Source: Takakia lepidozioides
Taxonomy: Eukaryota; Plantae; Bryophyta
Direction: 5' to 3'
DNA length: 64,000 bases
Assembly: GCA_030704615.1 (NCBI GenBank)
Contig: CM060731.1
Location: forward strand, 3,100,001 to 3,164,000
The translations under genes were made by a program, and so were the position numbers. The notes below the pieces were generated by a model. That model searched no databases. It was not told where the DNA came from and saw only the letters and a list, made by a program, of their open reading frames with translations. Below, piece after piece: positions 9,618 through 23,081 of this stretch. Each line of letters opens with the position of its first letter. Positions within the stretch are counted from its first letter, which is position 1.

Positions 9618-12584
9618 TTGTGGCATAGCTTTCTAGGATTGTGTGCTTAGAATGTATGGTGGACAACGATGTATGTTGTGGCACGATGCTTAGGTGCACG
9701 ACAACACTAATGGCATGGCATACATTCTAGCGATGAAGACTAGTTTAAGTTGTAGTGCATTGTCAACCACATCATCAACGTATATATTTTTGGAGGTTGC
9801 CTGAACTTTTGGAATTTTTTTTTTTTTGTTTTTTTTTTTCAGAAAACCGAAAGTGTTGCATCTTTTGGCAACAGGCTAGGCTCTGACTAATATATATTTG
9901 TGCAATTGCAATATCGATACAAGCATAAGCTTGGATCCCTTCCCTACAAGATTTGAAATCCATTACAGTCCCGCATTCCTCCTATAAATGACGACCATGT
10001 ATTGGAAGAAGCAAATGCGACCCTTCTATATTCTAGGTCTTGTTACGAAGTATGAAATGAGAAGAACAATACCTCTCCACTCACTTTTCCCTTAATTCCT
10101 TCTTGTCTTCTTGTTGTTTGAACATCATGTGGCTTGTTTTTGTCAAGCGGGGTTTTCAGACCCTCGAGTCACCTTCAGATCCGTCGTCGAACCAGTCGGG
10201 AATGTACGTGACGTTCGAGGTATGCAATTTCTTTGCCTTATGTGGCTTTGCCTTATGACTATACTAAGGGAAAAGTTTGACCAAATAGGAAGTAGTCTAG
10301 TATAAATAGAGTTTATCATTTATACTCTTTTCTTTTGATTCTCAGATTACAACGTCAACTTTGGTGACCTTCACAGCTTCAAGGATAGTGAAACTCGATA
10401 AATTATAAATTGCTAATGTTGCTTATTTTTCAAAGGCATAAAGACAGATACAATTTGAACTGCAATCAACAAACACCTCAATCACAATTATGATTATTGA
10501 ATAACATCATTATCTCTGTATATGAAAGAGATGGATAGAAGCATTTCTAAAATAAAAGGCTAACAATGTACATATTTAGTCCGACCCTACCATAATGAAT
10601 CACACCTTCGTTCCAGATTAGTGGAATCAACTAAATTGACATCCATACTATTCGTCTCAACAATCTCATGGCGAACATTGTGATCTCAAAAGATAAAAGA
10701 AGCTTATTTTGTGAGATACTTTCATGCCTACAAAACATGGATTAATTCTGGCAAGAAGCCCATCTATCCCCAAACTATTAGTCAAATGAAATGTAAGGCA
10801 ACCAAGCCATTGCTAACCGGCACCAGGCAGCTACACAAGCCCAAAGACTTCTACATTGTTGATTGTTGTCATGAGCCATTCTCTAAATTGCATCAAGTAA
10901 AACATTTGACCTCAACTTCATGGTGAACTCAAGGAGTGTCTTTTACAGCTTGACATAAGTCTAAATTTTGACTTTAAAAAATACATGTTTATTGAGCTCA
11001 TTTCAAGACCTACAATTGTACTACATCATTGCTTTCATGTTGCTTAGAAATGTGGTGAAATGCAATGCATGTGTTGTTGCAAAGTAGTCAATTTGAAGGC
11101 ATTTGTTTAGACTATGACATGAGCCAAATAGTGAAAAGTTGAGGCTAAACTGAGAATCAGTCAAACCATTTGCATCACACGCTTCAACTACGCAATTGTG
11201 AAAGTGAATTCATGGAGGTTTCAATCTCCAAGCCCGGTCACAATTTATGCTTATGTGAAAACATACAAGATTACAACAGTGCTCATTTAATGAGAATGAA
11301 GCAATCCTCGATTATATATATATAAAAATAAAATAAAATATAAGAAAGATGTTGCCGACTCTATCCGAAAAAAAATGTGAGCCTTCATAAATAGCTACCA
11401 TGTTGATTACCTTGATTAACAAGAGCAAATGAGGATGTTCATATTTGAGGTGTCACTCATTTAGCTGGACTGAAAATGACTCCTCAAAATCTAAACATGT
11501 GAGTGTTATTGCAAGACCTAGTCTCTACTTCGAAAGTCGAATGATTCTTTGGGGATCGTTCCTGAGTATGTAGATGTTTTTAGCGTTGTTCCCTGAAGTT
11601 GTCGTTAACAGTGCGGAGCAACACAAAGCTCTAGGACTAATAGATAGTGAGACAACCAATTTGTAGCCAAGTGGTGGACAATGCTCTTTGTGAGCCCCAA
11701 GAGGTACCATGTAAGGTATTATCAGTATTCTTGTCCACTCGGCAAATCCTTTCTTGTCTCTCCAGTAGTATGAGGATAATAATTGGATGAGGATAACTAT
11801 ATCTGGAGACCTTAATAGTTGTACGCACATTCATTCACATGGCTTTGAGGCCTGTGTCAGTTGAAATAATCTCAACGTCAACATATGCAAATGGCTTGAC
11901 ATACCCGTGGCGATAGGATAATCCTCATACACCTACATAGTTTCCTATATTGAATTGTAACTAATTGTGGATGAGTGCCACATCTATTTTGGGTTATCTC
12001 ATCTCTTTCTTTCGCCTTCCCTCTCCCGCCCCTTCTATCCATGTGTGTGGGTGTGTCCCCGGAAGGCTGAAGACAAGTTCAATGATACAAAAGTGAAAAG
12101 AATAGATTAAGAAAAAGTGTGGACTCCTGCCAAAGCAAGCACTAAATTATGGTATTATGGTATTCTAATTAGGGTAGAAGCACTCTTCATGGCGCAGGAA
12201 GTTGGATAAATATGATAACTTTTTGTGCTTTTAACTAATGAGATCATGTAATACCTTAACGGAAAGCTCTTAAGACAAGACAACTTTTCTTAGTTGAGAG
12301 TTAATGAGATTCTGATTCTATCTGCTATTAAAAGTGGATAGAAGTAGAGGATGTCAATGTCAGCCTCTGGCGCACCTTGTTCCTATCATGACTCATTCAT
12401 ATCTTTTCTACCTGAGATGGTAACAAAGAAAAAAACCAAAAATACCATTGGAAAGCGCTTAATGTGGCCCATCTTTTTGTAGTTGGAGCAATTTTCATTA
12501 GAGGACATCTACCTATAGTAATTTAAGGGTAAAACAAGTGGGCCATTATCACGCACAAGATATATTGCTCCTTTGGTACCTTGG

Positions 12585-12748
12585 CACTTGAGCAGGTAGC
12601 CCAGTGGTTGGGTGTTTGTGCCTTGCCTGTGCATAACTTAGGCTCAATCCTTCAACATGTGCCTTCAGACTGTCCATTCGATGGCCTGTGTGTTGAGCAG
12701 TAGGCTCTGTAAATTCACTGGAGGTTAAAGAAACTTTATCTTTATCTT
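12585..12748 (+). mobile_element. tRNA-derived SINE (family A) with 8-bp target-site duplication
   Basis: A-box-like TAGCCCAGTGG, B-box-like GGCTCAATCC, (TTTATC)n tail, TSD taccttgg at 12577-12584 and 12749-12756. Homologous pieces at 57270-57370 and 57843-57905. Confidence 0.75.
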
Positions 12749-13751
12749 TACCTTGGACATTAACCATTTTAAGAAATAAAGATACTATTGGAAAGCTCTT
12801 GATGAGCCCCAACATTTTGTAGTTGGAACAATTTTCAGTAAAGTTCATCTACCTAGGACAATTTGAGTGTAAAGTGATGGATTAAGTGGCGTATTGTAAT
12901 CAGAGAATTGTGATCTGAGCTTGAAAAGCAGGAGGGTTGGTGGGCAGGTGCGCAGATGTAGAAACTGCTGCACTGGCTGACGTGGCATGTGAAGTGGAGA
13001 TATCTTAGTAACTGCTATACTATCGTAGGATCATTTCCTCAGGACAGCAAGCATGATCATGCCACATGGACAGTCAAAATGTGGTTGGGTATCTGCCACC
13101 TATTACTACGGAAGGAAGCTTAATGAATATGGTTTATGCAGGTGTGAACCCTTACCAGATGGACGCTTCTATTTGGAGGTCAGTTCCTCTGACCTAGAAT
13201 TATCTCCACTGAGTTTTTCCAGCTGTTGTGCCCAGGATTACCCGTGTGCTGGCTGAGCATGACGATGGAATAAGTCATAGGCACTGAATGGGAGTGCGAA
13301 GTAGGACCATGCTTAGATCACATGGGTTCCCATAAATGAATCTTTGGGCACGATGACTCTGTCATTGTATCAGTCTTTGGTGGAGATTCGCCCAAGGAGA
13401 TAGATCCCCTCGAGAGAAACAACTATTTTTTGGTACACAGTAGGAAGGATACTGTCAATGTCAAGAATAATTAGAAGTGCTCCAGCTCGAAAAGTGTGTC
13501 AATGGGTCCTCAATTACAGTTTTGCACAATTTTCTGTAGTTGGGAATCAGGATGTCAACAGTTCACGGATTACTGTGACTTTTGAGGATTGTGCATGTGT
13601 GGAATGCAAAATGCAGTTTTGTCTTGTACTAGACTCTAAAGTGAAACGCATGCTTTGGAGAGTGACACACCCCTTTACACACTTCAAAGCTGTTTCCTAC
13701 CTTTACAACTTCAAAGAGGTACTCCAACTGCCACCACAGTCCCTACCGACA

Positions 13752-16700
13752 TCAAACAGCTCCTGGCCCAGCTGATTCTGGCATTGGTCCATCTGCACGG
13801 AAACCTCTACCTCTTCCCCGACCCCTTCCTCTGCCTCTGCCACGGCCTGACCCGTTACCAACCCAAGCCACCAACATGAGAGCAAAATCATACAGGAGGA
13901 CAAAAAGCACTGTGTTGACAGCATTTTAAAACTTTAGACACGCTACCTCTCACAGCACAAGTACATACTTCTCAACATAAAGTATGCGACTGTTAGAAAA
14001 CATGACAGGCATGCATTCTAGATTTAAAGAAGTGATAAGCTCATATATAAAATTTTGTCAGCCCAACCAGGATTCCTCAATACAAGTTCTCCCAACCCTA
14101 TGTAATGTGCAGATCAAATGTGTGCATAACTAGGGCAACTGGGATACCTTCTAAGATCTACCACCTACGGAAAACTAAGGAAAAACCTGCATTTGCCAGT
14201 GAACAGTTTAGAGTCCATAGGACAGAGAGAACCCTAGAAATGCAGTCCCAATCACTTAGGAGATCACACATTTGAGCAATATAATCTTTGGACAGAAGAC
14301 GTTCCAAGAGTTTTAAAAACTCAACATCCATTCCCAAGAGGGGCTATTCATTGACACAGAATATCTTGACCGGAAGGACAATCAAGCCTACGGTACTTGG
14401 AACTCGGCAATCTCAGAAACAGAGTGACGAGAATGAGAAACAGGGGCCGATGCCATACTTCTAAATTGACTTGCACACCTAATCACAAGGATTTCCTATT
14501 CCTGCATCTGAATGATGTATCTTCTGACAAGTGCCCCAAGGAATTGTCACAGCTTTGCACAAATTCAACAAAGGCACCTGGAGGAAACACAATACCTCGC
14601 CCTCGAGGAGCCAGATCACTAGCAAGGTCATCAAAGCCACCCACATCTTGCTCACTACCGTGACCACCCAAGCCACGGCCTCGTCCACCTCTTCCTCGTC
14701 CTCGGCCACGGCCACGGCCTCGCGCCCAGCCACCATCAAGCCCAGTGTACTCAGCACCTGGCATGCCATAGCCTGTAATCACAATAGCACAGATGGTAAG
14801 ATGAAACTGCTTTCTTGAATAGCTACGCTTCCAGAATAAAAGCAAATTAGCTCCCAAGTCTTAAGGAACCATAATGGATCAGCACCTCCTCTTCCTCCGC
14901 CCCTGCCACGACCCCGGTCTCGGCCCCTTCCACCACGTGGTGAACCCTCTGAAACAAAGCAACAAAAATGCCTCAATAAGCTCCAGTTTGTGCAGCACAC
15001 ATCACCCATAACTATAGCCTCTCCCAGCCTTCAGCCTCTGGTAACTACCAAAACCTGGTACACACAGCAGTCCCAAAACAACCACTCCCTACAGTCTTCA
15101 TACTGCGGGATAAAGAGTTGAACGAGAGGAGCAATACCTCCATCATACTCAAATTCAGCCAACGGTTTGATCTGGTCTGCAGGCAAAGGAGGTTGATACC
15201 TGCATTTCAAATGTGTAGACGCACCTACCAGCGTCAGAAATATTCCTCATATGTGAGCTGAATGCATTCCTGGAATTCTCTGTTACAACACTACAATTGG
15301 TGTTACCAGGACCTGGTTACGCCCAGAAGGCTTCACATTCTCTAGATATTTGAAGTGGAACAAACCTGCACAGGTACTGTCAAGTAACATAAACAGGTAT
15401 GGCATCATGCTGCATTTGGTCATAGTAATGAACGTGGAGTAGAACATACCCAGTGGATGTCTTCTCCAACTCCTTGGTTGATAGCACGATGGTAATCATA
15501 GACACATGTCGTGTTGTTTCCAAGCTGCCAAAGCATCCAGTTTCCACAACAGTTAAACTTTGAAACAACGGGACAAACAAACATACCCCACGAATAGCAC
15601 ACACCTAACACACAGGCATAAACCATTTGGTGTTAAGAGCACAATTGCCAAGCAAGGAACATGAATACAACATTAAGGCTCGAATCAAGTATGCTTACGG
15701 AAGAAGGCCCTCTTCAAGTGGTTCCCAGAGGTCAGTAATGTCAGTAGATCCAATAGCTGTATTTTGGTGAAGGCCAGCAATCCTTCTCTACACAAAACCG
15801 AAATTTTCTTGATTACTTCAAAATCACTTCAGAAAATTTTAAAACTGTTAAATACTGTGACTATACAATGACATCAATCCTAATATACTAGAACTTTTGG
15901 CTTCATGCATTTCATTGGTGTCCAATCTACAGTCTCCTTACGTGCGACATAAAAGCCTTCCAGGAGTATGCGAGCTAAACTGTGTGCAAAAATCAGCCTT
16001 GAACAGAATCTCCTGCATCACACAGGTACTTCAACCGAGTGGATGCTCCCAATAAACTTGTCACTTATCAAATTGGGCGGGCATGACCTTAATAATCTCG
16101 GCGATTGTGACTGTCTTGTTGATGGCACGCCCCATGGCCTTCAGCACAATTTCAGATGCTCCCTTATCCTGCATATCCCCACATCGCCGAAAGCCACAGC
16201 AAACAATGTACAAAACATTTTCAGATTTTATGAATCAACAAGGACAGTTTCACAACAAGTCACTGTCACAAACCATAAACAGTCTTCTCAGATTTCTCTA
16301 CGCCTGGCTGGAGTAATAAGGACTGATGATTGCAAAATGGAAGGGGTTCATGATTTCACGAATATTAAGCAACAAGCAGGTCTTGACCAAGAAAGAGCCC
16401 TAACAATACCTAGTTGAATCACAAAATATATAAAGACTACTCGCTTTCATACTGAGTGTAAAAGTAGAAGGCAATTCAGGAAAAAAGGTGGAGATGATTT
16501 CTAAGACACAAATAGATTCTATTCAAACCTAGAGGGAAAAGATACCAAACTTTGCCATGAGATCCTACAACTCCAAGAAACCACCGACACAAAGTACAGG
16601 AGGCAACAAAACCCCTAAAGTGACCAAAGACAAACCCTGTGCCCTACATTGAAAAAGAAATAAAGACATCCAACAATCAAATGGAGGAAACTGATATCAG

Positions 16701-16957
16701 ACAAACCTGATATGACTAGAGAGTCGTGGGAGACAACCAAGAACCAAGAACCAAGAACCAAGAACCACAGGGACACTATGTAAATGTCACATGGTCTGAC
16801 GAACCACAGAACTTGGAAGGAAGATTAGACTGACCTGTAGAAGTGTGGTGGCATAGGTGATGTAGTTGCGCATCTTCCCTTGCGTAGTAATGCGGATTTC
16901 ATTCTCACTGATTGGAGTCTCAGGCCGTGGCTTCTCCACCCTTTGATACCGATCCAT
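13752..16957 (-). CDS. ALBA: Alba (Rpp25-like) DNA/RNA-binding protein with RGG tail, 8 coding exons
   Basis: Exons 16957-16835 (MDRYQRVEKPRPETPISENEIRITTQGKMRNYITYATTLLQ), 16168-16088 (IVLKAMGRAINKTV), 15787-15699 (WEPLEEGLLP), 15524-15450 (LETTRHVSMITI), 15199-15138, 14948-14886, 14772-14596, 13846-13752. GT-AG introns. The last three boundaries are less certain. Confidence 0.92.
16736..16767. repeat. (AGAACCA)n heptamer microsatellite in an Alba intron
   Basis: aaccaagaaccaagaaccaagaaccaagaacca. Confidence 0.85.
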
Positions 16958-18203
16958 GGTTGTCCCACCGGTTCGCTCAGGTATTTCAGCTTTTGGATTC
17001 TTGAATGAGTACCGCACAGTAAGTTCCACACAGTTCTACAATTTCATGTCGATGATGCAAGATGAAGTCTCCAATTCTCATACGGGCGAAAATGAAACAA
17101 ATGAGGTACAAAAACCTACAGACCTTTTTGCCTTTTAGAACTACTTAAGGTCAAACAAAGAACCGCTGTTAGCTTGATTAAATGGCACAATGACTGCAAA
17201 TCGCCAAACTCGGGCAATAGCCACCAACACACCGAGAGGGACGATGTGATTCTGATGATCCACACGCGGACGCTGCAGAAATGCGATCTTAAAAAAAAAG
17301 GACAATCGATGAAAGGCACCAGGAAGATAAAACGTGAAGGAACAGGTGCAAAGCAAGGACAGCGTAAATATCACGCACTACTTCAAAAAACAGGCATACA
17401 ATCGACGAGGCAGAAAAACTACAGGGCCAGAATCAAAGGAACACGCGCACTATCTCAAGTGCCAGCAAAACCGCAGGAATTATCACTTCACTCCAAATCA
17501 CACAGATGCAGAGACCACCGGATAAGAAGTGCGAAAAATTTGCAGAAACCGATATATTTTTTGTAAAGCAGACAGGGAAGATTGTTTTTGGTTACAAGCA
17601 CTCAACAGCTTGCTGCCTCTCAATTGTTGTATGACGTCGCTGCTCACTCTCCCCCGCCCGCCTTCCCTCTCTCTTCATCCCGCTCTGCCCTAGCCAACTA
17701 CCTCCATGCCCCCCATCCCCATCCCATCCCATCCCCATATATGGGGGATGGGATCGAATATATGACGCTGGCCCGTCTCTTTGCCTTTTCTTTTTTCTTT
17801 TAAACGAAAAGGAATCTCCTCGAAAGCCCACTTTTCCGCTTCATTCATCTCACACGTTGCATCTTTCATCCACATCAACTACTTCCTCAGAATGTTCTCA
17901 TTCATTTGTGTTTTATTCATTCGTTCGATATATATATATAGGATTCCAAATATAGGTAATAAAAAGCAATGTGATACTAATAAGTTACGAACTCTCACAA
18001 TGGATGAAAAATATTCTCATTTACTGGCGCAAATAAGGTTCAACATTTTCAATTACACAATGATAATAATTTTATAATACATCCCTGTTCAGATTAAATA
18101 TTAATATATCTCATTTATAGAATTAGTAAAAAAAAAACGTTTTTCCCCCCTTCTCAGGCCTGAAATTTGGGCTGTCGCTCCCAGGTTTCCTTTTATATAT
18201 AAA

Positions 18204-18207
<4 letters not shown>

Positions 18208-18241
<34 letters not shown>
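18208..18241. repeat. (AT)n microsatellite
   Basis: About 17 AT units in the intergenic region between divergent Alba and ATI genes. Confidence 0.95.
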
Positions 18242-18247
<6 letters not shown>

Positions 18248-18983
18248 GAATTGATAATGTACCTTGTGAGGTCAACATAAATGGCGGTAAGCTGCAAGAA
18301 GGAGGGCATGTGGGGGGGAAATGACAAGGCAGCGCACAAGAGGGGAAGGAAGGGGAGGGAAGGGAAGGGATGGGATGGACGGAGTCGTGGAGAATGCGAG
18401 GGCCCACTAACGTGTTTCCCCCGGAAGGGAAGCGCAGCAAGGTTCCTTGGGGGCTTGATGAGAGCATGGCTCCCAGTATCTAGGGCATTGAATTGGAAGC
18501 GGTGCAGCAGAAGGGGATTGCATTTGAGGGTTCTCGCATTCATGGTGTCAAATCCTTGCAGTAGCTTGGAGTCCGTTACCTGTAGGTAGTTGGGAGAGGA
18601 AAGGGAACCATTAAGGGATTGTGGGAGCTGTTTGGTTGTGCAATCGCGGCATTGGGTGAGGGGATTATGTGTTACCTGTATATCTCGTCGATCTGACGTT
18701 AGCCGCTTGGAGTTTTGGGACGGGCTCAACAATCAACCAGCTGTGGTTGGGTTGAGGGTAGGGGTTTTTGGTGGTTCTGTTTTATCTGATCTCACCCCTT
18801 CATTCCCATGCTTTCAGGCTATTGCCAGGCTCGCGCAAATATCAACCACTGGTGGTTCGTTAAGAAGAGAGGTAATTTGAGGGCTTGAGAGGGGTACAGT
18901 TGCGGAGCAGGTTTTGTTGTGTGGTTTTTGATTCGGACGTGATTGAGGTGAAGAAAGAGGGTGAGAGGCGACACATCATAGCG

Positions 18984-20736
18984 ATGACTGATGCTAGCAG
19001 TGACAGTGACGACAGCAACGGTCGGTCACATGAGTGGGAGGTTGTATCACTTTCTCTCTCCTCGCATTCCCTGTCTGCATCCACCTCCCTCGATGCATCC
19101 ACTGCACTGGGAAGTGGGCATGGCTCTGTGGACGTGTCTGATGCTGCGCTCCGCTCCGATCACTTTGTTCTCCCATCTGCTGCCTCCCCTCATCCTAGGC
19201 CTGACTCGCCTAGCAGTGAGGATGAGCCCTTCATAAGCGAATCAAGTGTTGGAGACCCTACTCTGGTCCCAAGCCAGGGCCAGGAAGCAGTTCTAAGGGA
19301 GCCTTCCGTGGAAGATTCACAACATGCGGGGCGTAAGAGTGCCGAGCAGGCTCGTGGGATGAGCACTTGTGCATCTCAGATGCAAGAGTTGCCAGAGATG
19401 GACTGGATGGAGCCCATGCCTCCAGGTATGTGTTTCGTAGTTGGTTGAATTATGGGGTAGAGAAGTGAGTTGACCAAAAAATGCGAGGGTTGGGTAGTGA
19501 ATACCTCTGGCAGGGAACTTGGTGATATTTTGATCTATTGCTGGGTTTTGAAGGAATTGGCTTCCATGTTGTGCTCTCTGCTGAGCTTCTCTGAAAGTGG
19601 TTTATGTTTCAGGGATTGGCCACACAGTGGATTATGTACAGGAAGAGATTGGAGGTGCAAGTCTCATATATGCGCTGGCCTCTGAATCTAAAGGTGGTGT
19701 AGAACCATATTTTGGGCAGACGGGGCCACTGCTAGGCTCCTGTCAGTCTTCTCCTTCTGCACCTGCGATTGTAAGTTCTGTAGCAGCGTTCACCAGTCAT
19801 ACCAGCTCTACCTTGCTTGGTCTGGAAGGGGAGCTTCTTCGAGGCCAAGTTGTTGGAAGCAATGAAAGTGGCGGTTCATCTTGCTTAGCTGAAGAAGAGG
19901 AAGAATCTTTGGCAGGGCTAGAAAGGGAGATTCTAGGTGAGGACTCAGGGTTTGAATTCCCAGACTCAGGTGCAGCTGTGGATAGGAGGAAGTTGGAATT
20001 GGAAGACAGACAGAGTCCAGCACCACTACTTCGGGATGTGAGCAATGAGCAGTCGTGTGATGCGTGGTGGAAACGCAGTGCAGCGTTGTGGTATGAGCAA
20101 GCGCGGCAGGCCAACACTCTCTGGTCAATTGCTTTGGCTGCTGCTGTTATGGGACTTGTAATCATCGGGCAGCGATGGCAGCATGAGCGTTGCCAGAATC
20201 AGCAGCTGCGTCTGCAGCTCTGTTCAAAGGATGAGGTGAGTTAAATTTGTGTTGCAGTGTGATTGCTGAGCCTGGTGAATCGTCGTGGAGTGTCTTTTTG
20301 CACATGATTGATGTCAGAAATAGCAGGCAATCTTGTGACCCCCATGTCTGACCCTGGTGTGGATCGTCCCAAATGTGGGTGACACCCTTGGTTCTCGCAA
20401 ATATTTCGAAAGATTCACAAATTGACAAGTGTGGGGGAAGGAAGAAGATGGAAAGAAAGACCATAGCAAAAGTTCATCTCCTGTGCATAGGTGAAAAGCA
20501 TTTGTGGTGGTGTCACAAAACTGGAAGTCTGTAAATCTAAGATATAAATGGTTAGGGCCTGAACAGTCATTATTGATATTGATAACCCATCTGTCAAGGA
20601 ATGTGATTGGATGTTGCAGAAAATCAGCCACCTAATTTGCCAAGTGGTAAAACTGAAGGAGGCCTTGTCCGGCCGCCGGCGCGTGCCTGTCCTGCAGTCC
20701 AGCTCAGCTTACAGTAGTTTCCGCCATCAATTCTGA
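18984..20736 (+). CDS. ATI: ATG8-interacting protein ATI1/ATI2-like, 3 coding exons
   Basis: N-terminal EWEVVSLS (AIM-type motif), CDAWWKR, TM segment LWSIALAAAVMGLVIIGQRWQHER, coiled-coil end. Exons 18984-19425, 19613-20235, 20620-20736. Confidence 0.85.
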
Positions 20737-23081
20737 GCTCAGGCCCTGTGCCATCTCCAACCTGTATAGTCTGAGATCACAAATATATAAAGGACTCCTT
20801 TACACCTTTTCACGTTTGGTGTGCAAGAACCTACAAAATTAGCAAGCGCAACACCTTGCTTATGCAAGTTAGACGGTAAGTAGCAAGGATGGAAGAGTTG
20901 GGATCCTGTTGATGAAATGGATAATGATGACGAAGGCGCGGGCAAGGGGTAGCATTGACTGCTCCCATTGGATGGTGATGGAATACAATCAGCGGGCAGG
21001 TATTGGCGCAAGTACCAACCCTTCTGGAGCTGAGGGGGTTTTTGGGCCCACTGACTTGATTGCTTGATTGTGCTGGCTGAGACATCACACTCGGGTTAAC
21101 TCTAATGATTTAGAAAGAGAGAGGGTGAGGAGGAAGGGCTGGGGAAGAAGGGAGGGGGGTGCTGGTATTTACTCTTCTAATAGATGTGCCTTTTGTGAAT
21201 TATATAAATGGGTGGTTGTGTGAAGGAGTGGATTGTGTAGTATAGCTTTGTCAAGATGTAATATCAAGTTAAAACAACCCAAATGAGGATGGGTTTCTCA
21301 TTTATACTAGGTCTCCCTTGATTCTCATTTTGTGGTGCCATTCTGATGATTGATAAGTATTTCTCCAGCCATTAAAACCTTCACACATTCATGTAAGAGA
21401 ATGGCGAAGGATTGATCATCACTGCATTGGATTACAGGTCTAGGGGCTCAGAGCTGACTGCCAAGAACAAGCTGGCCACAGCTTCTACTCTCCCACCAGC
21501 CCAGGAACCATGGGGATGTTTTAGTCAACTGAGCTGCATATTGACCTAAGGTTATGCCCAGCAGCCAATGGTAGAACTCTGCTAAAGGCTGGGCCTACCC
21601 ATGGCTTAGCCATCTATCATTCAGAGGGGATGATCCTCCTTTCAACTTGGCCAGCTTATTCAGGCTGATACATCAATCAACAAATTGACTTAGGTTTGCA
21701 GATTTCATGGAAGACAATAACATGTATTTATGAACTACATAGTCTCTCTATTTTGCAATGCCTTTTAGCACTTGACAATCAAGTTCATCGTTGCACAATG
21801 CAATGCTGTGGTGCCAGACCTGTTTTATGACAACAAAATCAACACAACGTGGAGTTAGCTGTGCTCATATGGCAGTCAAGTAGAACTAGAGCTAGGCATA
21901 TTCTACCTCTACTTGATCTTTCTGAACTTTGCAGGTCCAGTATCGAACAGTGTGTGAAGTTACATCTCACTTAGTGAGATACCAAGAGCTTCTTGGGCAG
22001 CAGAGCTCTCTACACCTCTGTTGGGCAATGCCATCCCAACAGAATTAAAACAATGGACCAACTTCTGCATGAGACAAAGACAAACCTGGCACTTGTTGGT
22101 GTACTTGGCGGTGTAGCCAGTGAACGATTCTCTAACAAGGTTTTATGAGCCATGAGCCACCCTGCTACCAACAAATACATTGCTCACCAACATGCCTCCC
22201 TGCCATATGCATTGCTACTTGACACTATAAATGGGACGGTGATTGGCAATCCAACTGATGGTGAGGTCCTTTCAGCACAAGACCCGAAAAGCAGCGGAAA
22301 CAATGAGACAGAGAGACACTTTGTAAACCCCTCTAACCAAGAAAGAGGAACTGTTATTTTTCTAACTCAAGATCATTATGGTGACTGGCATGAGCAATTT
22401 GAGCTGACTTCAAAAGTATACCAGACCAAGTGCAAGTTTGCCATGCAGAATATTAAGAAACCAAGTGACATTTACCTCTTCGAATCAAAACTACAAGAAT
22501 CCTCTCTCTCATCCAGATGTCACAGTGTAAAGCTTGGTCATGGCTTGCTTTTCCAGTGCCTCCCTTATACACCCCAGTTTTCTTTGGATCATGAGACAAT
22601 GAAGGTCCAGAAACCATTGCAAATCCACCAAACTTCTCCCGGGTCTACAGACCTTTGGAATCCATAATCAAGGTCTACAAGACCTCTCTTGTGTTGATGT
22701 TGCTGGTACCTCTCAACACATTGGAGTCTACAGAAGTATCAAAATCCACAACCCACAGTCAGGTCGAAGAGAACACAAACCAAATCCACAGCAGAATACA
22801 GAACCTGGTTCATGAAACCACTTCAGCAGAGATTGACCAACGAAAGTCTGCTGTTAGAATGGATGAAAGTGCGTTATTCGGGAATGGAATCTGGATATAC
22901 ACTACACTTGGCTGCTTCTTCATTTCAGGGCTCTTGTTGTTGTGGCTCTGTAGCGAAAGAAGAAGAGGGTAACTTGTTTGTGCTGCTTGTGCAGTAGTAC
23001 AAGGAGAAGACATACCTGAGTCTTAACGGTTTGTGGGTAGAACACACACAATCTGGCGAGTCAAGTCAAATTGGGAGTGTA

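Noticed and set aside
22152-22972. Two ORFs (171 and 105 aa), the second ending in a TM-like segment
   Set aside because: No recognisable domain and broken frames; may be a decayed gene but cannot be supported.
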